This document shows, piece after piece, positions 62,551-64,000 of a DNA stretch of 64,000 nucleotides. The notes below the pieces were generated by a model that worked only from the letters and a program-made list of their open reading frames with translations, made no database searches and was not told the DNA's origin. Position numbers and translations under genes: made by a program. Source of the DNA: an uncultured Chloroflexia bacterium (lineage in GTDB: Bacteria > Chloroflexota > Anaerolineae > Anaerolineales > Anaerolineaceae); contig OY969578.1 of the NCBI GenBank assembly GCA_963701225.1, positions 1,496,871 through 1,560,870 on the forward strand, in the 5' to 3' direction. How positions within the stretch are numbered: the first letter of the stretch is position 1; each line of letters begins with the position of its first letter.

Positions 62551-64000
62551 ATGAAAACATTTCATGGTGGGTCACAGTATTTCAAGATGTCCCTGGTATC
62601 CCTTATCATCATTATCACATTAATGCTCCAGGCTTTTGCGCCTGGAGCGGCTATTGGATCTGCAGGTACTGATCAATCCAATAAAACGGTCAATAAAGGA
62701 GCAGGATCAGACTTGCTGAGTAATGCTGCTTCTGACGTTCTTATAAGACCCATCATCGAGCAGAAGGCTGCGGTACTGGGCGATAGACATTCGAGTTCAG
62801 AGCCAGATATTGATATCGAACAAACAGAATCAAGACCTGACACGTCCTTTCTGTTTGTCGAAAATGTCGGTCAGTTCGATCCAAAAGAAATCTTCCAAAT
62901 GAAACAAAAAAGTTCCTATATGCGATTTTCAAGGGATTCGATCTGGATAACCTTATTGGAACCAGATGATCCGTTCGCGTCATCATTGAATCCATCTGCC
63001 GATGGAAATGATCGCATTGATAAAAAACAAAAAGGTGTGAACATCCAGATCGATTTCGTTGATTCCAACAAGCAACCGGATATCGAAGGTTTCGACAGGT
63101 CAGAATCAAAGGTATCCTATTTTTATGGAAATGATGAAAATAATTGGCGACCGGATGTGCCGGTTTGGAATGGGATACGCTATATCGACCTGTATCCGGG
63201 CATCGATTTGGAGATTTCCAACAATTCCGGAGCATTAGCATGGCAATTGGTTGTCCGTGATTCAAACCGCCTGCTGGAATGGATCAATAAGAAAAGCGGA
63301 AATGATATTCGTTTCCAGGTAAAAGGTACACAAAGCATCAGTTTAAATTCACAAACGCTTCAATTTACATCTGCAATCGGGGAGCTCTTTCTGCCGCAAA
63401 TGCAAATTGTGTGGGCAGATGGTGATCCCCTGGGTATTGGCACTATCGCTCCACAGGTTGGGGACAATGAGTATATCCTGATCTCGAATGATCATTTCGG
63501 GAAAATAGCAGCCAACAACGGCCCTGAAGCTCAGGAACAGACAGCTGAAACACAGGCTCCTGCCGTGCCGGATGGTACAGGGATGGTAGATGGCGACATC
63601 CAGACCTTCGATACTACCTATGTATGGGATTTTACCAACGATAGTGATGCAATGCGGTTAATGGAGACCTCGGGAATGGTCTGGGGAACGGTGTTCTCCA
63701 CCATTTTAGGTACAAATGCTGTCGCTTCAGATATTATTGTCGATTCTGAAGGCTATTCGTATGTTGTTGGCTATACTTCTGGAGCGACTTTCCCAACCAC
63801 TCCCGGTGCATTTCAGACATCAATGAACGGTAATAGAGATGGGTTTGTTAGCAAAATAAATCCGTTTGGCAGTAGTTTAATTTATTCGACTTTCTTTGGC
63901 GGCAGTTCGACTGATGAAGTTTTCAGTGTGGCCTTGGATGATGTCGGGTCGGCATATATTACCGGTTGGAGCATCTCTTGGGATTTTCCCGCAACCTATG
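62551..64000 (+). CDS. secreted SBBP/beta-propeller-repeat protein (partial, continues past the window end)
   Basis: A GGAGG RBS lies 5 nt before ATG 62551. The frame stays open to 64000 and is absent from the track because it has no stop. It has a signal/TM segment, and later ..DSEGYSYVVGYTSGATFPTTPGAFQTSMNGNRDGFVSKINPFGSSLIYSTFFGGSSTDEV..DDVGSAYITGWS.. SBBP-like repeats. Confidence 0.65.
   Translation, partial: MKTFHGGSQYFKMSLVSLIIIITLMLQAFAPGAAIGSAGTDQSNKTVNKGAGSDLLSNAASDVLIRPIIEQKAAVLGDRHSSSEPDIDIEQTESRPDTSFLFVENVGQFDPKEIFQMKQKSSYMRFSRDSIWITLLEPDDPFASSLNPSADGNDRIDKKQKGVNIQIDFVDSNKQPDIEGFDRSESKVSYFYGNDENNWRPDVPVWNGIRYIDLYPGIDLEISNNSGALAWQLVVRDSNRLLEWINKKSGNDIRFQVKGTQSISLNSQTLQFTSAIGELFLPQMQIVWADGDPLGIGTIAPQVGDNEYILISNDHFGKIAANNGPEAQEQTAETQAPAVPDGTGMVDGDIQTFDTTYVWDFTNDSDAMRLMETSGMVWGTVFSTILGTNAVASDIIVDSEGYSYVVGYTSGATFPTTPGAFQTSMNGNRDGFVSKINPFGSSLIYSTFFGGSSTDEVFSVALDDVGSAYITGWSISWDFPATY

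Noticed and set aside
1-64000. tRNA, rRNA, tmRNA, RNase P or SRP RNA genes
   Set aside because: Reading the intergenic regions longer than 100 nt revealed no cloverleaf-compatible GTTCGAAT/T-loop contexts and no conserved rRNA or RNase P blocks. This is only a visual scan, so a covariance-model search should confirm it.

Overview
This is a 64-kb bacterial chromosomal segment. Gene content suggests a Chloroflexota/Anaerolineae-like organism: a SEDS-PBP fusion downstream of FhaA/FhaB-like FHA genes, tandem GT87/DUF2029-like membrane proteins, archease-RtcB, many lipoproteins and strong GGAGG-type RBSs. That assignment is inference only.

Three zones are visible.

(i) 1-8.6 kb holds envelope and housekeeping genes: an S1-domain gene tail, ftsK, a CDP-alcohol phosphatidyltransferase, lgt, an MBL hydrolase, an HNH nuclease and two GT87-like paralogs.

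(ii) 8.6-37.1 kb is almost entirely plus-strand, visibly AT-richer and mosaic.
- It starts with orphan ORFs and an amidase.
- An IS481-family element (12278-13370, imperfect 29-nt IRs, 7-bp CTTTATC target duplication) splits a small lipoprotein gene.
- An mgtA-type P-type ATPase and a secreted protein with about 11-12 tandem repeats follow.
- Then come about 15 single-gene cassettes: Zn-ADH, ICMT-like methyltransferase, PLD, GerE-type HTH, IdeS/papain-like Cys peptidase, Yip1-like, bPH, SecD-head-like, DinB-like and several lipoproteins.
- The cassettes are separated by two repeat families: a GC-rich hairpin-rich element (3 copies) and a conserved purine box plus sigma70-like promoter module (at least 5 copies).
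- The zone ends with the most striking feature, a REP/RAYT locus at 32.86-37.10 kb. An HUH/Y1 REP-associated tyrosine transposase gene is flanked by inverted GTAGGGCGG..CCGCC palindromes. At least 14 such palindromes are organised in a ~295-bp composite unit repeated head to tail around two lipoprotein genes and up to the tyrS RBS.

(iii) 37.1-64 kb is GC-rich core.
- tyrS, then an FHA-FHA-MTAP-serine-hydrolase-like-SEDS/PBP operon in which both penicillin-binding-fold domains lack canonical catalytic residues.
- archease-rtcB, a PHP hydrolase, secG, a peptide-type SBP, a PduO-type adenosyltransferase, a DUF554 protein and an aminotransferase.
- A 1043-aa SHMT-GcvT fusion.
- An ECF sigma / anti-sigma / bactofilin-like / toastrack-like module.
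- YdcF, a deoxynucleoside kinase, a transglutaminase-like protein, an ATL-type MGMT-family protein and a partial SBBP-repeat protein.

I recognised no rRNA, tRNA or CRISPR array. All family names come from motif recognition by eye, not from searches.
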